Shown here in pieces: positions 28,393 to 37,585 of a DNA stretch of 64,000 nt; position 1 is the stretch's first letter; every line of letters begins with the position of its first letter. A program made the translations under genes and the position numbers. The stretch lies in IMG/VR virus record IMGVR_UViG_3300038974_000325, positions 6,907 to 70,906 of that record; one strand, given 5' to 3'. The notes under the pieces are model-generated. The model searched no databases. It was not told where the DNA came from and worked only from the letters and a program-made list of their open reading frames with translations. Source of the DNA: a virus. Taxonomy: Duplodnaviria > Caudoviricetes.

Positions 28393-28812
28393 TTGATACC
28401 ACGATGTCCAGCCACTTGAGTTCTTGTCAACCAAGCAAACATGATACCTTCCAACTATGTAAGTCATAACTCCAGCAGCATATTTGGTAAGGTGGAATTG
28501 CGGTGGTCTTTCCTGACAAACATAGACGTAGGCAAAGTCGCTTCTGTTCAGTGCAAGAAAGTAAATGATATTCGCTTCTGCTATTGACTCACAGATAAAG
28601 ATGATTTTGCTCGTTTTGGCTTTGGTCCTCATCTGCTTTCTGATTGACGTAGCAGCCTTGTCTATCAGGGTTACATAGACACAGTTCTGAATATCCACTG
28701 GCGGGACTGGCTTCACCTTCTTTGGTGTTTCAACCTTTTCTGATGGTCTTCTTGCTCTGCGTTTCTCTTTTCGATTACTCAACATCGTTCTGTTCATCTG
28801 TTTCTCCTTCAA
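28372..28812 (-). CDS. Hypothetical basic protein
   Basis: About 146-aa ORF; SD GAAGGAG near the start. Confidence 0.55.
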   Translation of the reverse strand: MKEKQMNRTMLSNRKEKRRARRPSEKVETPKKVKPVPPVDIQNCVYVTLIDKAATSIRKQMRTKAKTSKIIFICESIAEANIIYFLALNRSDFAYVYVCQERPPQFHLTKYAAGVMTYIVGRYHVCLVDKNSSGWTSWYQKNLDSQ

Positions 28813-28979
28813 GCTTTTTCAATAGTTCGTGTATTAAACTGCTGTCTTTCAATATACTTATACATTTTCAATCCTTTCTTATCTAATAAGTGATATAATA
28901 GTTCTATATAGTTCTATCTTAGGGCGTGTCGTTTTTTGGGATTAAAAGTCTGAGGTCTCTAAACTCATTTCCCGAACTT

Positions 28980-29438
28980 CTACCACCACCCATACAACCC
29001 AGAATACAACTCGTTCTTGTAGGCATACTTTCTGTCGTCATGGAACAAAGTTCTGTATTCGATACATTCGCCAAACTTCTTTCTTGTTAGGTTTCCACCC
29101 CAAACACCTCTTCCACCATGCTGCTGGATAAGGTCGTGAATTGCAAGGAACACCCACCAGAAAGCTAAGGCATGAGGCTCATAACCGTTTGAGTCGTAAA
29201 CATCTTTCCAGAGCTTCTTGATTTTCCTGTTGTCCATTGCAAGGGAAATATGGTCTGCACCAATAGGATATGAGTTCATCCGCTTCATCTTTCCAAGTAT
29301 TCTATTGATGAGTAGGCGATTTCTCTGCCAACTTTCTGAGCAGTGAACAGCGGTTAGCGTTTCGTATGCCGAAAACCCTTTATCTATGGCACAAACAAGC
29401 AGCGAATTGATAGAATATACGGTAGATACCTGGAACAT
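28980..29438 (-). CDS. Hypothetical protein
   Basis: 152-aa ORF; start uncertain. Confidence 0.5.
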   Translation of the reverse strand: MFQVSTVYSINSLLVCAIDKGFSAYETLTAVHCSESWQRNRLLINRILGKMKRMNSYPIGADHISLAMDNRKIKKLWKDVYDSNGYEPHALAFWWVFLAIHDLIQQHGGRGVWGGNLTRKKFGECIEYRTLFHDDRKYAYKNELYSGLYGWW

Positions 29439-29476
29439 TTTTAAGAACGAATAATCAAGCAGAAGGGAAGAAAAAA

Positions 29477-30298
29477 TTATAGAAACATAAGCTGATCTTC
29501 ATCTTTCCTGCCTTCAATGGCAATCCGCTGTTTAGCCAGTTGAACATATTCGCCGGCTATTTCAAACCCTAGATAATTACGGTTTAGTTCAATAGCGGCA
29601 AGAGCTGTAGTACCTGAACCCATAAAAATATCTAAAACGATACCCTCAGGGGGACAAAAACACTGGATAAAATCATAAGGTAATTTATCAGGAAAAGTAG
29701 CAGGATGTTTATGTTTCAACCGTGAGCCATCACCCGCTGTAAGATATTCCCATACAGTTCCTCTACACTTCATTTCATTTATCAGAATAGGTCTGGTGGG
29801 AATCCGAATCCCGTTTGTTAAACGGGTACCTCCCCCTGTTAGTGTCTTTCCTCCATGCTTGGAAGGGATTTTTAAGGGCTCTTTATCAAAATACTGAGGA
29901 CGTTGCCCTTTAAGAAAAACCAGCATAAACTCGTGATCAACTCTAAATCTGGTTTTCCACCATCCACCCTCCGCTCCGTATTTTCTATAGATAAGCGTCT
30001 CAAAAAGGCGAAATCCAGCATTATCACACCAGTCAATAGCAGTCCTGAAAGTAGTTAACGACTTGGCAAAATTCCTGGTTTGGTCTTGCATAACCATAAC
30101 TGCGATGCCACCTTCCTTCATCACCCGATAAAGTTCAATACCAACATTATGAAGGTCTAAAGAAAAACCATGATAATCTCTTATACAATCATAAGGAGGT
30201 GATGAAACACATAGGTCTATGCAATTCTCCGGAAGTTTTTTCAGTCCTTCTATACAATCGCTTTGATATATTTCATTTATTTCATAAGGTCCAAGCAT
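29477..30298 (-). CDS. Site-specific DNA methyltransferase, beta class (SPPY, probably N4-cytosine)
   Basis: DCIEGLKKLPENCIDLCVSSPPY (motif IV) followed by HPATFP...VLDIFMGSGTTALAA (motif I); own TTGACA-17-TATATT promoter. Confidence 0.93.
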   Translation of the reverse strand: MLGPYEINEIYQSDCIEGLKKLPENCIDLCVSSPPYDCIRDYHGFSLDLHNVGIELYRVMKEGGIAVMVMQDQTRNFAKSLTTFRTAIDWCDNAGFRLFETLIYRKYGAEGGWWKTRFRVDHEFMLVFLKGQRPQYFDKEPLKIPSKHGGKTLTGGGTRLTNGIRIPTRPILINEMKCRGTVWEYLTAGDGSRLKHKHPATFPDKLPYDFIQCFCPPEGIVLDIFMGSGTTALAAIELNRNYLGFEIAGEYVQLAKQRIAIEGRKDEDQLMFL

Positions 30299-30441
30299 TA
30301 AAGTAAATCTCCATTATATAATATAACCATAAACCTGTGCCTTGTCAAGTTTCGTGGGTGGTAAAGGTAAAAAGTATCCCCCCTTAATATCCTTTCCTAT
30401 CAGATGCATATAATTGTCAACAATGTTCTACTATTTCGTTC

Positions 30442-30918
30442 TCAGTCATTGAGTCCTCCAAAGATGTCCTGCTGGTTTCTATCGCCATGTTTTCTGAGCC
30501 TTTCTGCCCACCGCCCAGTAAACGTTGAGCTTGCATAAGCGTCAACTGTTTTACCGAGACTTTCAAGGCTGTCCATTCCGTTTGCTACCCTGAACACGTC
30601 CCACAGTGGGAGCGGGACAGCAACCTGCTTTTCGCTTCCAAAGGAAAGGAAGGTGTTAAACCTTTTCGTCAATTCCCGCACCTTTGACAGGTCAACTTCG
30701 TATATCTTAGCGTTCTTCTTATCCACTATTTGTATTCTTGCTACATTCCTTTCAACAAGCTCTTTCAAAAGGTCGTAGTTCAAGCACCATGAGTCAAGAA
30801 CCCGATAAAAGTGCTTATCCTTTGACCGTTCACTTACACAAGCTCCATCGTCTATCTGAGCAATCATCTTTGACCCAAGATACACGTTCTTTCCGTCAAT
30901 CTTGATACCAGACATCAC
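30442..30918 (-). CDS. Hypothetical protein
   Basis: 158-aa ORF; KDKHFYRVLDSWCLNYDLL resembles small phage nuclease-like proteins. Confidence 0.6.
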   Translation of the reverse strand: MMSGIKIDGKNVYLGSKMIAQIDDGACVSERSKDKHFYRVLDSWCLNYDLLKELVERNVARIQIVDKKNAKIYEVDLSKVRELTKRFNTFLSFGSEKQVAVPLPLWDVFRVANGMDSLESLGKTVDAYASSTFTGRWAERLRKHGDRNQQDIFGGLND

Positions 30919-31277
30919 ACACCTCCCAAATCAAGCTGTATCTGGTCTGGGTGATTTCCAGCAGCTTCGAGCCTACGTTGTTCCACTACTTCTGGGTCGG
31001 TTATCTCTTCAACTTCAAGGTTGTTTACGTCAATATCAGCTTCAATGTGGACATCTACCCTGCATGAAAACTTGAACTCTTCCCCAGTCATTGAATAGGC
31101 AATGCCTTCTTTTTTGAACTCTTCACCTACCGTTGAGCGAAGCTTCGCACTCCAAGCAAGGTCTGAGTAGTTATTGTCCTCAACAATGCCCTCAGCAACT
31201 TCGCTAATGGCATCTTCAACATCGTCACAATCGCTTTCGTATGCCTTGCCGTCTATTACTATTTTCCACTTTTTCAT
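30915..31277 (-). CDS. Hypothetical protein
   Basis: Start placed at MKKWKIV (SD AGGAGG); the longer track ORF overlaps the next gene. Confidence 0.6.
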   Translation of the reverse strand: MKKWKIVIDGKAYESDCDDVEDAISEVAEGIVEDNNYSDLAWSAKLRSTVGEEFKKEGIAYSMTGEEFKFSCRVDVHIEADIDVNNLEVEEITDPEVVEQRRLEAAGNHPDQIQLDLGGV

Positions 31278-31278
31278 C

Positions 31279-31647
31279 CTATACCTCCTTATAGGACAAC
31301 TCACAAAGTTCAGAAAGAACAGAGTGAATAACCTCTTTGCTTTCTCCCTTGTGGTTGCTGTAAACGTAGTCGAAAATCTCTTTTTTCTTGGGGTGATTGG
31401 AAAGCCCGACATAATCAAGAACATCGCTGGTGAACTCTTGGAATAGACGTCTCTCTTCTTCTTTGTAGAAGCTTCTGGATTTCTCCCATTCTTCATGAGA
31501 TACAATGTACTCTTCGTACTTGCGATTGAACTCAGCAAGTTCTTCACGGCTGAGCGGCTTTCTGTCGTTGGGATTCTTGGCTTTAGGCTCTATTGGTTCA
31601 TTGCCATACCAAGGCGTTTTGACTTCATAGTCTGGATAATCTTTCAC
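31279..31647 (-). CDS. Hypothetical protein
   Basis: 122-aa ORF with SD, coupled to its neighbour. Confidence 0.6.
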   Translation of the reverse strand: MKDYPDYEVKTPWYGNEPIEPKAKNPNDRKPLSREELAEFNRKYEEYIVSHEEWEKSRSFYKEEERRLFQEFTSDVLDYVGLSNHPKKKEIFDYVYSNHKGESKEVIHSVLSELCELSYKEV

Positions 31648-31862
31648 TTTGAATCTCCTTTTATCTTTCTTAGTGCGTGAATGAGGGTTATAGTCTTTTC
31701 TCCGTTTTCAAACTCGACAAGGCACTTTCCCCTGTGGGAAACAATGATTCTGCACCTACGGTTGAACAGGTGTTCATAAAGACCGTTTTTAAGCCATACA
31801 AATACGTGGGTGGAGTTAAGACTCATATCCATTATCAGAAGCCCATTTGCCGATATCGTCAA
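31644..31862 (-). CDS. Hypothetical small protein
   Basis: Short ORF with CRIIV...CLVEFENG; start uncertain. Confidence 0.45.
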   Translation of the reverse strand: MTISANGLLIMDMSLNSTHVFVWLKNGLYEHLFNRRCRIIVSHRGKCLVEFENGEKTITLIHALRKIKGDSK

Positions 31863-32189
31863 TCATATTTATACAATCTGCTGCAAGCATGGCAAGCTTG
31901 GTCTTGTAGCTTTTGATTGCCCTGTTTACATTGGCATCCGTGTAAGCGTTAATCTTGGGGAGCCAATACGATTTTTTGGAATTGCTCATTTTTCAATCCT
32001 TTCAAGAACCTTCTTGAGGCGGGGAACGTGTCTTGACGCAATCTTTAGGGCGAACCATGCTGTTGCCACAACAATTGCTATTACTGCAAACGGTAACACT
32101 GTGTAAAACACAATCATTACGCCCTCTGCTGCTTCATTTGGTGATATCATCGGGAACTCCTTCTATCTTTTTAAGAGCGTTTAGCTCCA

Positions 32190-32468
32190 TTATCTCATTG
32201 CATTGCCAACACTTAATTTCTGGTGCCGAGCTATAGGATAGCACCAAGCACCGTAATAACAAAAACTCCGTGAACCTGTAACCACACCTTGGACACTCAG
32301 CAACATCTGGATACCTGAGAACCGAGCATTTAAGACTTCCAATTCTTTCTTCGAGGGTTGCTGTATGCTTGGTTTTTCGCCAATTTCGACAACTCCTTTG
32401 GGGGATAATTGATATACATCCAATTCTGCGTTGATTTTCTCAATCACTCTTTCTTTAAGGTTCTTCAT
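32190..32468 (-). CDS. Hypothetical protein
   Basis: 92-aa ORF with a strong SD (GGAGGAG). Confidence 0.55.
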   Translation of the reverse strand: MKNLKERVIEKINAELDVYQLSPKGVVEIGEKPSIQQPSKKELEVLNARFSGIQMLLSVQGVVTGSRSFCYYGAWCYPIARHQKLSVGNAMR

Positions 32469-32479
32469 CTTCTCCTCCC

Positions 32480-32758
32480 TTAGATTACTTCTACTACGAA
32501 GTATTCAAATCCAGCAGTAGTTAGTCCAGCAGCCTTGAAGTTGGCTTCTGCTTCCCCGATGGTGGGGGCGTAGGTATAAGCGATGAACCATTCATCTGGG
32601 TCGGAGAATAACTTCCAGCATTTGTCGTTTCCAGCAACCTCGTTGTTTCTGAACTGGAAAACCTTATTGTTTGAATGGCTATATGGAGCGTGGGAAACAA
32701 GCATTCTTGCTTCCATTACTTTCTGTTGAGTGTCTGTAAGTTTTTTTGAGTTTCTCAT
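32480..32758 (-). CDS. Hypothetical early protein
   Basis: First gene after cassette P5. Confidence 0.6.
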   Translation of the reverse strand: MRNSKKLTDTQQKVMEARMLVSHAPYSHSNNKVFQFRNNEVAGNDKCWKLFSDPDEWFIAYTYAPTIGEAEANFKAAGLTTAGFEYFVVEVI

Positions 32759-32761
32759 GGG

Positions 32762-32880
32762 TCTGTCTCCTTGTTTTTTTTAAGTTTTATGTTCCAAGTG
32801 ATAAGTCAAGTGTAAATAAGGGGTCTGAACCGTCAAGAATTATTTATCGTTTTTGCGAGTTTTTTTTAAGCCATTTTCCT
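32762..32880 (-). promoter_or_regulatory. Repeated early promoter cassette, copy P5
   Basis: TTGACGGTT, 16-nt spacer, TACACT, ACTTGGAAC, A-tract, CAAGGAG. Confidence 0.72.
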
Positions 32881-32973
32881 AATTCTTGTAAATGTAAGTT
32901 GTTAGACTTGCATTTTTTTTTTCGTTGCCCATGTTTTTGTGTCCCAGTTCATTCCACCGTTATCAACCAAAGC

Positions 32974-33017
32974 AAAAAGAAAGGGATAGTTTGACTTATT
33001 TGTCAAGCTGCCCCTTT
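32974..33017 (-). terminator. Terminator after the endolysin gene
   Basis: AAAGGGGCAGCTTGAC-aaataa-GTCAAACTATCCCTTT followed by TCTTTTT. Confidence 0.65.
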
Positions 33018-33055
33018 ACAATTTCGGCAAGGTTTTCTTTTGGTTTCAGGATGTG

Positions 33056-33715
33056 CTATTTCATCTTGTCACGGTATGCTACAAGATAGACAGCCTCCTG
33101 AGTCCATCCGCTGGTTTTGAGTAGGTGGTTTATACGTTGCTGCAACTGCTGCTTAGTATAAAGGTGTTCGTGTCCCTGCGGTATCGGCTTGGTGTGGTCA
33201 AACGCTTGGGGAACGTAAACACCGCCATCGTTCACGTAGGTTGAGCGAGCAGCATACTCCATTCTGAAACGCTTCATGTCGAAGTTCGGGCAAGTTCTAT
33301 TGGGCGACACTTCGTAGTGACCTTTTACTACTTCGATAGGCAGCTTCCAAAGGGGAAGGAAATAGTCAAGCCACATGATAAGGCTGTCAAACTGCTTCTT
33401 CGTGAAAGTCTTCTTGCCAACAAGACAGACTCCAGCAGATTTGTCGTTATACCCAAGTGCGTGAGACCCAACCTCATTTGAAGTAACGAAGTCGTCACCA
33501 TCGAGGTGTCTTCCTACTTCAATCATTCCGTCCATGAATGGAACGTAAAGCTGCTTCTGTCCACTTTGGGTGTTTGGCACAATCAGACCGTTCAGTATCA
33601 CAAAGTGATAACCGATGTCCTTCCAGCCGTTCTGGAGATGCCACTGTCTTATCATTGCTGCCGACCCGAACTCTGAGTCCGAGCAGTGAATGATGATGTT
33701 TTCAATTTTCTTCAT
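33056..33715 (-). CDS. Endolysin, N-acetylmuramoyl-L-alanine amidase (Amidase_2, T7 lysozyme-like)
   Basis: IIIHCSDS...WKDIGYHFVI...GSHALGYN...GVCLVG...GHYE...RTCPNF Zn-binding motifs, plus a C-terminal extension. Confidence 0.93.
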   Translation of the reverse strand: MKKIENIIIHCSDSEFGSAAMIRQWHLQNGWKDIGYHFVILNGLIVPNTQSGQKQLYVPFMDGMIEVGRHLDGDDFVTSNEVGSHALGYNDKSAGVCLVGKKTFTKKQFDSLIMWLDYFLPLWKLPIEVVKGHYEVSPNRTCPNFDMKRFRMEYAARSTYVNDGGVYVPQAFDHTKPIPQGHEHLYTKQQLQQRINHLLKTSGWTQEAVYLVAYRDKMK

Positions 33716-34020
33716 TTTAAGCTCCTTTAAGGCTTGTTCGTTTCGTTTTGGGTGTTTTGCTACACATTGGGCGTTTTAGCTCCAAATAAAGCACTTCATA
33801 GACTCTCATGGACTTCTTTTTGCGATTACTCTTGAGTGGTTTGTTGTGTTCTGGACTGATTCGTGTTTTTGTGTTGCACATATTGGCTTTTCATGCAACA
33901 CAAAGCATCTTGTCTCTATCATAATACTCACAACTCATATCGTGTCTTATCGGTTCAGCATGGTTCAAGCGTATCATTACCGCTCATCTTGTTACCAGCA
34001 TATCGTAACGTATTCAGCAC

Positions 34021-36369
34021 CTACATATACCGCTTCATGCGTTCTTCAAGCTCTTGCATAGCTTTATCAATCTGCTCTTGCGAGGCAGACGACCTTTCTC
34101 CAGTTTCTATCTTCCTTTCTGCAATTTCTTCTGTCTGACGCTTATCTCCACGAGACTGACGCTGCTTCTTCTTCATGTCCTTCTTTATCAGCCATGTCGC
34201 TCCGAGGTTCGCAAGCCAAAGGCTCATCACTGTATCATCGTGCTTTTCCACCCCGAACCCGTGAAGTTCTGAAAACAACAACTCGAAATACTTCTCAGCT
34301 TCACCAGTCCCAGTATAGAAAACGAAATACTTGTTCTTCATTTCGATGTTCATCTTGGGCAGACCTTCTTCTACCCCCCACTTTTCACTTCCAGTGTTGT
34401 GAGGATAAATCGGAAGCTTCTTCTTGAGTGCAAGCCCTTCCATCGCTTTCTGATAGGCATTCGTTTCCAACACTATGATGTCTGGCTCAAAATCGTAATC
34501 CAGTTCGATTATCTTGTTCAACTGGTCGTCTGCATCAATACCACGAGTCCTAAACCCGTGTATCAGGTGCTTCTCATAGTTATTGAAGGGAATGGCAAGA
34601 GTCGTAACGTTAAAGAAATCTGAGTCCCTTTCCTCTGCACGTTTCTTAGAGAATATCGCTGACAGGTCTATTCCCTGAATAATCCACCTTGCCCAGTCTG
34701 GTCTTGACTTGTAGAACTGTTCTCGTCTGCCAAGTATCTCGATGTCTCGGCATCCATTGATAATTTCTTCGGGGAAATCTGAGGTTTCATCAGACGTTAC
34801 CTCATTCTGAATATCTCTGAAGAAGTGTAAGGGAAGTGAGCCATACTTTTTCAACAGCAGGTCTTTGATAGACCACTTTTCTTCCCACAACACCTCGTAT
34901 TCTTCGCCCTCTGGGATGTCAACATCAACAGCTATTTGTTTCCCAGTTTCTGGGTCTTCCTCAAACACATACTTGAAGTTTGCTGGAAACTTGACTATAC
35001 CCTTGTCTATCGAATACGTCCAGCGTGGGTTCTTTATCAGGTAGCTATAAAGGTCGTCATAATGCTTGCGTGTTCCAATAACATGAAACTTACCTTGAGG
35101 CTCAAGCAACTCTTCAAGCACGTGTATCATTTCAACCTGTGACTTTCTTGCCTTCGCCGTCCTGCAATCGCTTTCCTCAATGGGGTCGTCAAGGATTATC
35201 AGGTCGAAACGTGAACCAGTAATGGCACAACCCCAACCTATTGACTCTATCGTCCCGTCCTTGAGTGAGTGGTTCGTTCTACGACAAAACAACTGGTTTT
35301 TTGCCCATCCTCCCTTGCCCTTCCCGCCCTCAAGCCTTGAACCGTCAACTGGATTAACGTTTTCGGTCAAATCCCCGAAATCCTCAAGCAACCGCTGATT
35401 GGTTTCAATCGTCCTCTTGATAGCGCCCAAATACTTCTCCGCAAGGGAATCGCTCTTTGAAGCCGACAATATCCTGATGTTATCAACATAGCAAATGTGC
35501 CACAGGGGGCTCTCAAACGAATATATGTGGCTATTGTGAACCACTATGTCATTGGCTATAAACGAACAAGTTCCATCAATTTGTAAATCGTAAGTATTGC
35601 CATATTTCTCAAACTCGATGCTCTTGACAACTTCCCAAACCAAATAATCACTACCATGTTCTTGTGTTATCCCAATGCCCCTGTATCGCTGAACCAAAAT
35701 ATATTCACCAATAGCTATATTAGAAAGTTCTTTCCACCCTTCTTTGGTATAAAAGCGGTGTTCCAATGAAGTAATTAACGAGTATTCTGTTATTGTTTCA
35801 AGCTTATACAGTTTTTTAACGCCAGACTCTACCTTCCCAATAACCATACGTTTTTTTAGGGACTTCGTTTTCTCATCAAACGATATTGCAAGAGCACCAA
35901 CGCTTACATCTTTTATCATTACCCGTTTACCGCTTGACATAAGTATAAGCTCTTCTTCGTAAACGCATTTCCCGTGGTCACGTGGTGCTGCCTGAAAGTG
36001 CCTGTTCTTTTTCCAGTTGTTTCTCCACTTTTCTTGGCATTTTGCATAATCGGACTTCACATAATACATCCCAAACCAAGTCGTATTGAAATAGCAAAAG
36101 AATATCCGCAAAGCTGCATCAAGTGAGGTGGGGAAGTAGATATATCCGCATTCCGATTGAAGCAATGCAACAACTACCGAATAAAGGGTTTCTTCTGCCT
36201 CTGGCGTTACCCGATAATCATAAATACCTACGTCCCTCGAAAGCGACTGCGAGGAAAGTATTGTGCTGTAAAACTGACCGATGGCGTGTTCTACACAACC
36301 ATTAAGTCTGTTCTGCAAGCATCTGACTAATACTTCTCGTATTCTCTTCAAACTGTTTGACGTAAGCAT
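34021..36369 (-). CDS. terL: Terminase large subunit with a mini-intein
   Basis: Walker A APRDHGK|S interrupted by the intein; FDLIILDDP (Walker B); nuclease motifs QGIDLS and HDDTVMSLWLA. Start codon uncertain. Confidence 0.92.
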   Translation of the reverse strand: MLTSNSLKRIREVLVRCLQNRLNGCVEHAIGQFYSTILSSQSLSRDVGIYDYRVTPEAEETLYSVVVALLQSECGYIYFPTSLDAALRIFFCYFNTTWFGMYYVKSDYAKCQEKWRNNWKKNRHFQAAPRDHGKCVYEEELILMSSGKRVMIKDVSVGALAISFDEKTKSLKKRMVIGKVESGVKKLYKLETITEYSLITSLEHRFYTKEGWKELSNIAIGEYILVQRYRGIGITQEHGSDYLVWEVVKSIEFEKYGNTYDLQIDGTCSFIANDIVVHNSHIYSFESPLWHICYVDNIRILSASKSDSLAEKYLGAIKRTIETNQRLLEDFGDLTENVNPVDGSRLEGGKGKGGWAKNQLFCRRTNHSLKDGTIESIGWGCAITGSRFDLIILDDPIEESDCRTAKARKSQVEMIHVLEELLEPQGKFHVIGTRKHYDDLYSYLIKNPRWTYSIDKGIVKFPANFKYVFEEDPETGKQIAVDVDIPEGEEYEVLWEEKWSIKDLLLKKYGSLPLHFFRDIQNEVTSDETSDFPEEIINGCRDIEILGRREQFYKSRPDWARWIIQGIDLSAIFSKKRAEERDSDFFNVTTLAIPFNNYEKHLIHGFRTRGIDADDQLNKIIELDYDFEPDIIVLETNAYQKAMEGLALKKKLPIYPHNTGSEKWGVEEGLPKMNIEMKNKYFVFYTGTGEAEKYFELLFSELHGFGVEKHDDTVMSLWLANLGATWLIKKDMKKKQRQSRGDKRQTEEIAERKIETGERSSASQEQIDKAMQELEERMKRYM
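35533..35967 (-). other. Mini-intein (145 aa) in TerL
   Basis: Starts CVYEEELI after GK and ends TYDLQIDGTCSFIANDIVVHN before S; no homing endonuclease. Confidence 0.93.
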
Positions 36370-37153
36370 AGATTCGTGCCTGACGCTCTGGATTGGTCAC
36401 ATTGAGATTAAGATTGTTTTGTTGAAAGTTAAGGGTTGCCCCGTCTGGTAAAGTCGGCTGAGAGCGTGGAAAGATGCCCATGTCTTGCTTGTCTTTCTTG
36501 AGTTCGGACAAGGCTTTGTTCATCCTGTCGAGGTCTTCGCCAACATCTTTGAAAGTGATACCCAGAGTAGCCTCAAGTTCCATCCTTGCTGCTATCCTCT
36601 GCTGCATGGTTCGCAGTATCCATGTCCTCATTTCTATAACGTCAATCTGCTCATACATTTCGGCAGACTGTATGAATACAGAACGCATCCTCTTCTCGAC
36701 AGAACCTATCAGGGACTTTACGTCTTCTGGAAGCCCATCAACCTCTTTCAACTCGTTGAGGGTCTTATACGTCCTTTTCTTAACCTCTTCAAGAACCTCA
36801 AGAGGACTCCCGCTTATATCCTCAACCTCTATCAATCGCTCTGGCTCAAATTCTTCTACATGTCTCAAAACGTAGCTTTCTGGGTCGCCATATATCCGTT
36901 TCAGCTTTTCTCGAAACCCATGCAGGTCTTGCCTGTTTATGGTCGTTTCTCCAAGCGAACGCAAATCATCAAGGATTTCTCTAATCGGAGTCGTGAACCC
37001 CGAACCAATCATCTTGTTCTTGATGAGTTCAAAGTGAGGAGACAGTTCGCATTTGCTCTTCCCTCGTTGATACGGTATCTTGACATCTACTACGGGAATG
37101 ATTATCTTAGCTTTTGTCTTCTTTTTGGTCTTGCGTTTGCCTGTTAAGCTCAA
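36302..37153 (-). CDS. terS: Putative terminase small subunit
   Basis: Directly upstream of TerL; basic N-terminus and helical body; C-terminal QQNNLNLNV stretch typical of TerS. Confidence 0.65.
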   Translation of the reverse strand: MSLTGKRKTKKKTKAKIIIPVVDVKIPYQRGKSKCELSPHFELIKNKMIGSGFTTPIREILDDLRSLGETTINRQDLHGFREKLKRIYGDPESYVLRHVEEFEPERLIEVEDISGSPLEVLEEVKKRTYKTLNELKEVDGLPEDVKSLIGSVEKRMRSVFIQSAEMYEQIDVIEMRTWILRTMQQRIAARMELEATLGITFKDVGEDLDRMNKALSELKKDKQDMGIFPRSQPTLPDGATLNFQQNNLNLNVTNPERQARIYAYVKQFEENTRSISQMLAEQT

Positions 37154-37240
37154 GCTATCCTCACTCTAAGGTTTGTTTTTGTAGGAGCGTATTCTGTTCT
37201 CATTTCGTTGATTAACCTCACTGTCAGAAAATCTCGTGTA

Positions 37241-37414
37241 TCATTTGTCAAGATTTTGACGTATCTGGTCTTTGTCAACCTCTTTGAACGTTCCTTCGTC
37301 TGCATCTTCGCTTGAGTATTGCGTCTTTGGCAATGGCTTTCCGCAATGTGGGCAAATCACGTGTCTTTCATCGTGAATATCGCCATAACAGTCTTGGCAT
37401 AGTTTGGGTGTCAT
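37241..37414 (-). CDS. Small zinc-ribbon protein (57 aa, not in the ORF track)
   Basis: MTPKLCQDC...ICPHCGKP; its ATG overlaps the upstream TGA. Confidence 0.6.
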   Translation of the reverse strand: MTPKLCQDCYGDIHDERHVICPHCGKPLPKTQYSSEDADEGTFKEVDKDQIRQNLDK

Positions 37415-37581
37415 TCTTTTTCCTTCGCATCAAGCACCTTGTCAATGCAGCAGTTAATAAGGCTTCTCCCGCTTCCGCAAGAGCATGGAGTTTTTTCTGC
37501 TCTTCTTCTTTCTGGGCGAGTCATTAGCCTTTCTATGCGTTCTTTTCTTTTGGCAACTTCGTCTGTCTTGCTCAAATCCAT
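37411..37581 (-). CDS. Small SEC-C-motif protein (56 aa, not in the ORF track)
   Basis: MDLSKTDE...TPCSCGSGRSLINCC; preceded by GGAGGA. Confidence 0.6.
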   Translation of the reverse strand: MDLSKTDEVAKRKERIERLMTRPERRRAEKTPCSCGSGRSLINCCIDKVLDAKEKE

Positions 37582-37585
37582 GTCG

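Noticed and set aside
36060-36369. Intron or TerS-TerL frameshift at the poorly defined TerL start
   Set aside because: The frame is simply open, and I saw no slippery heptamer or intron structure; only the start codon remains unresolved.
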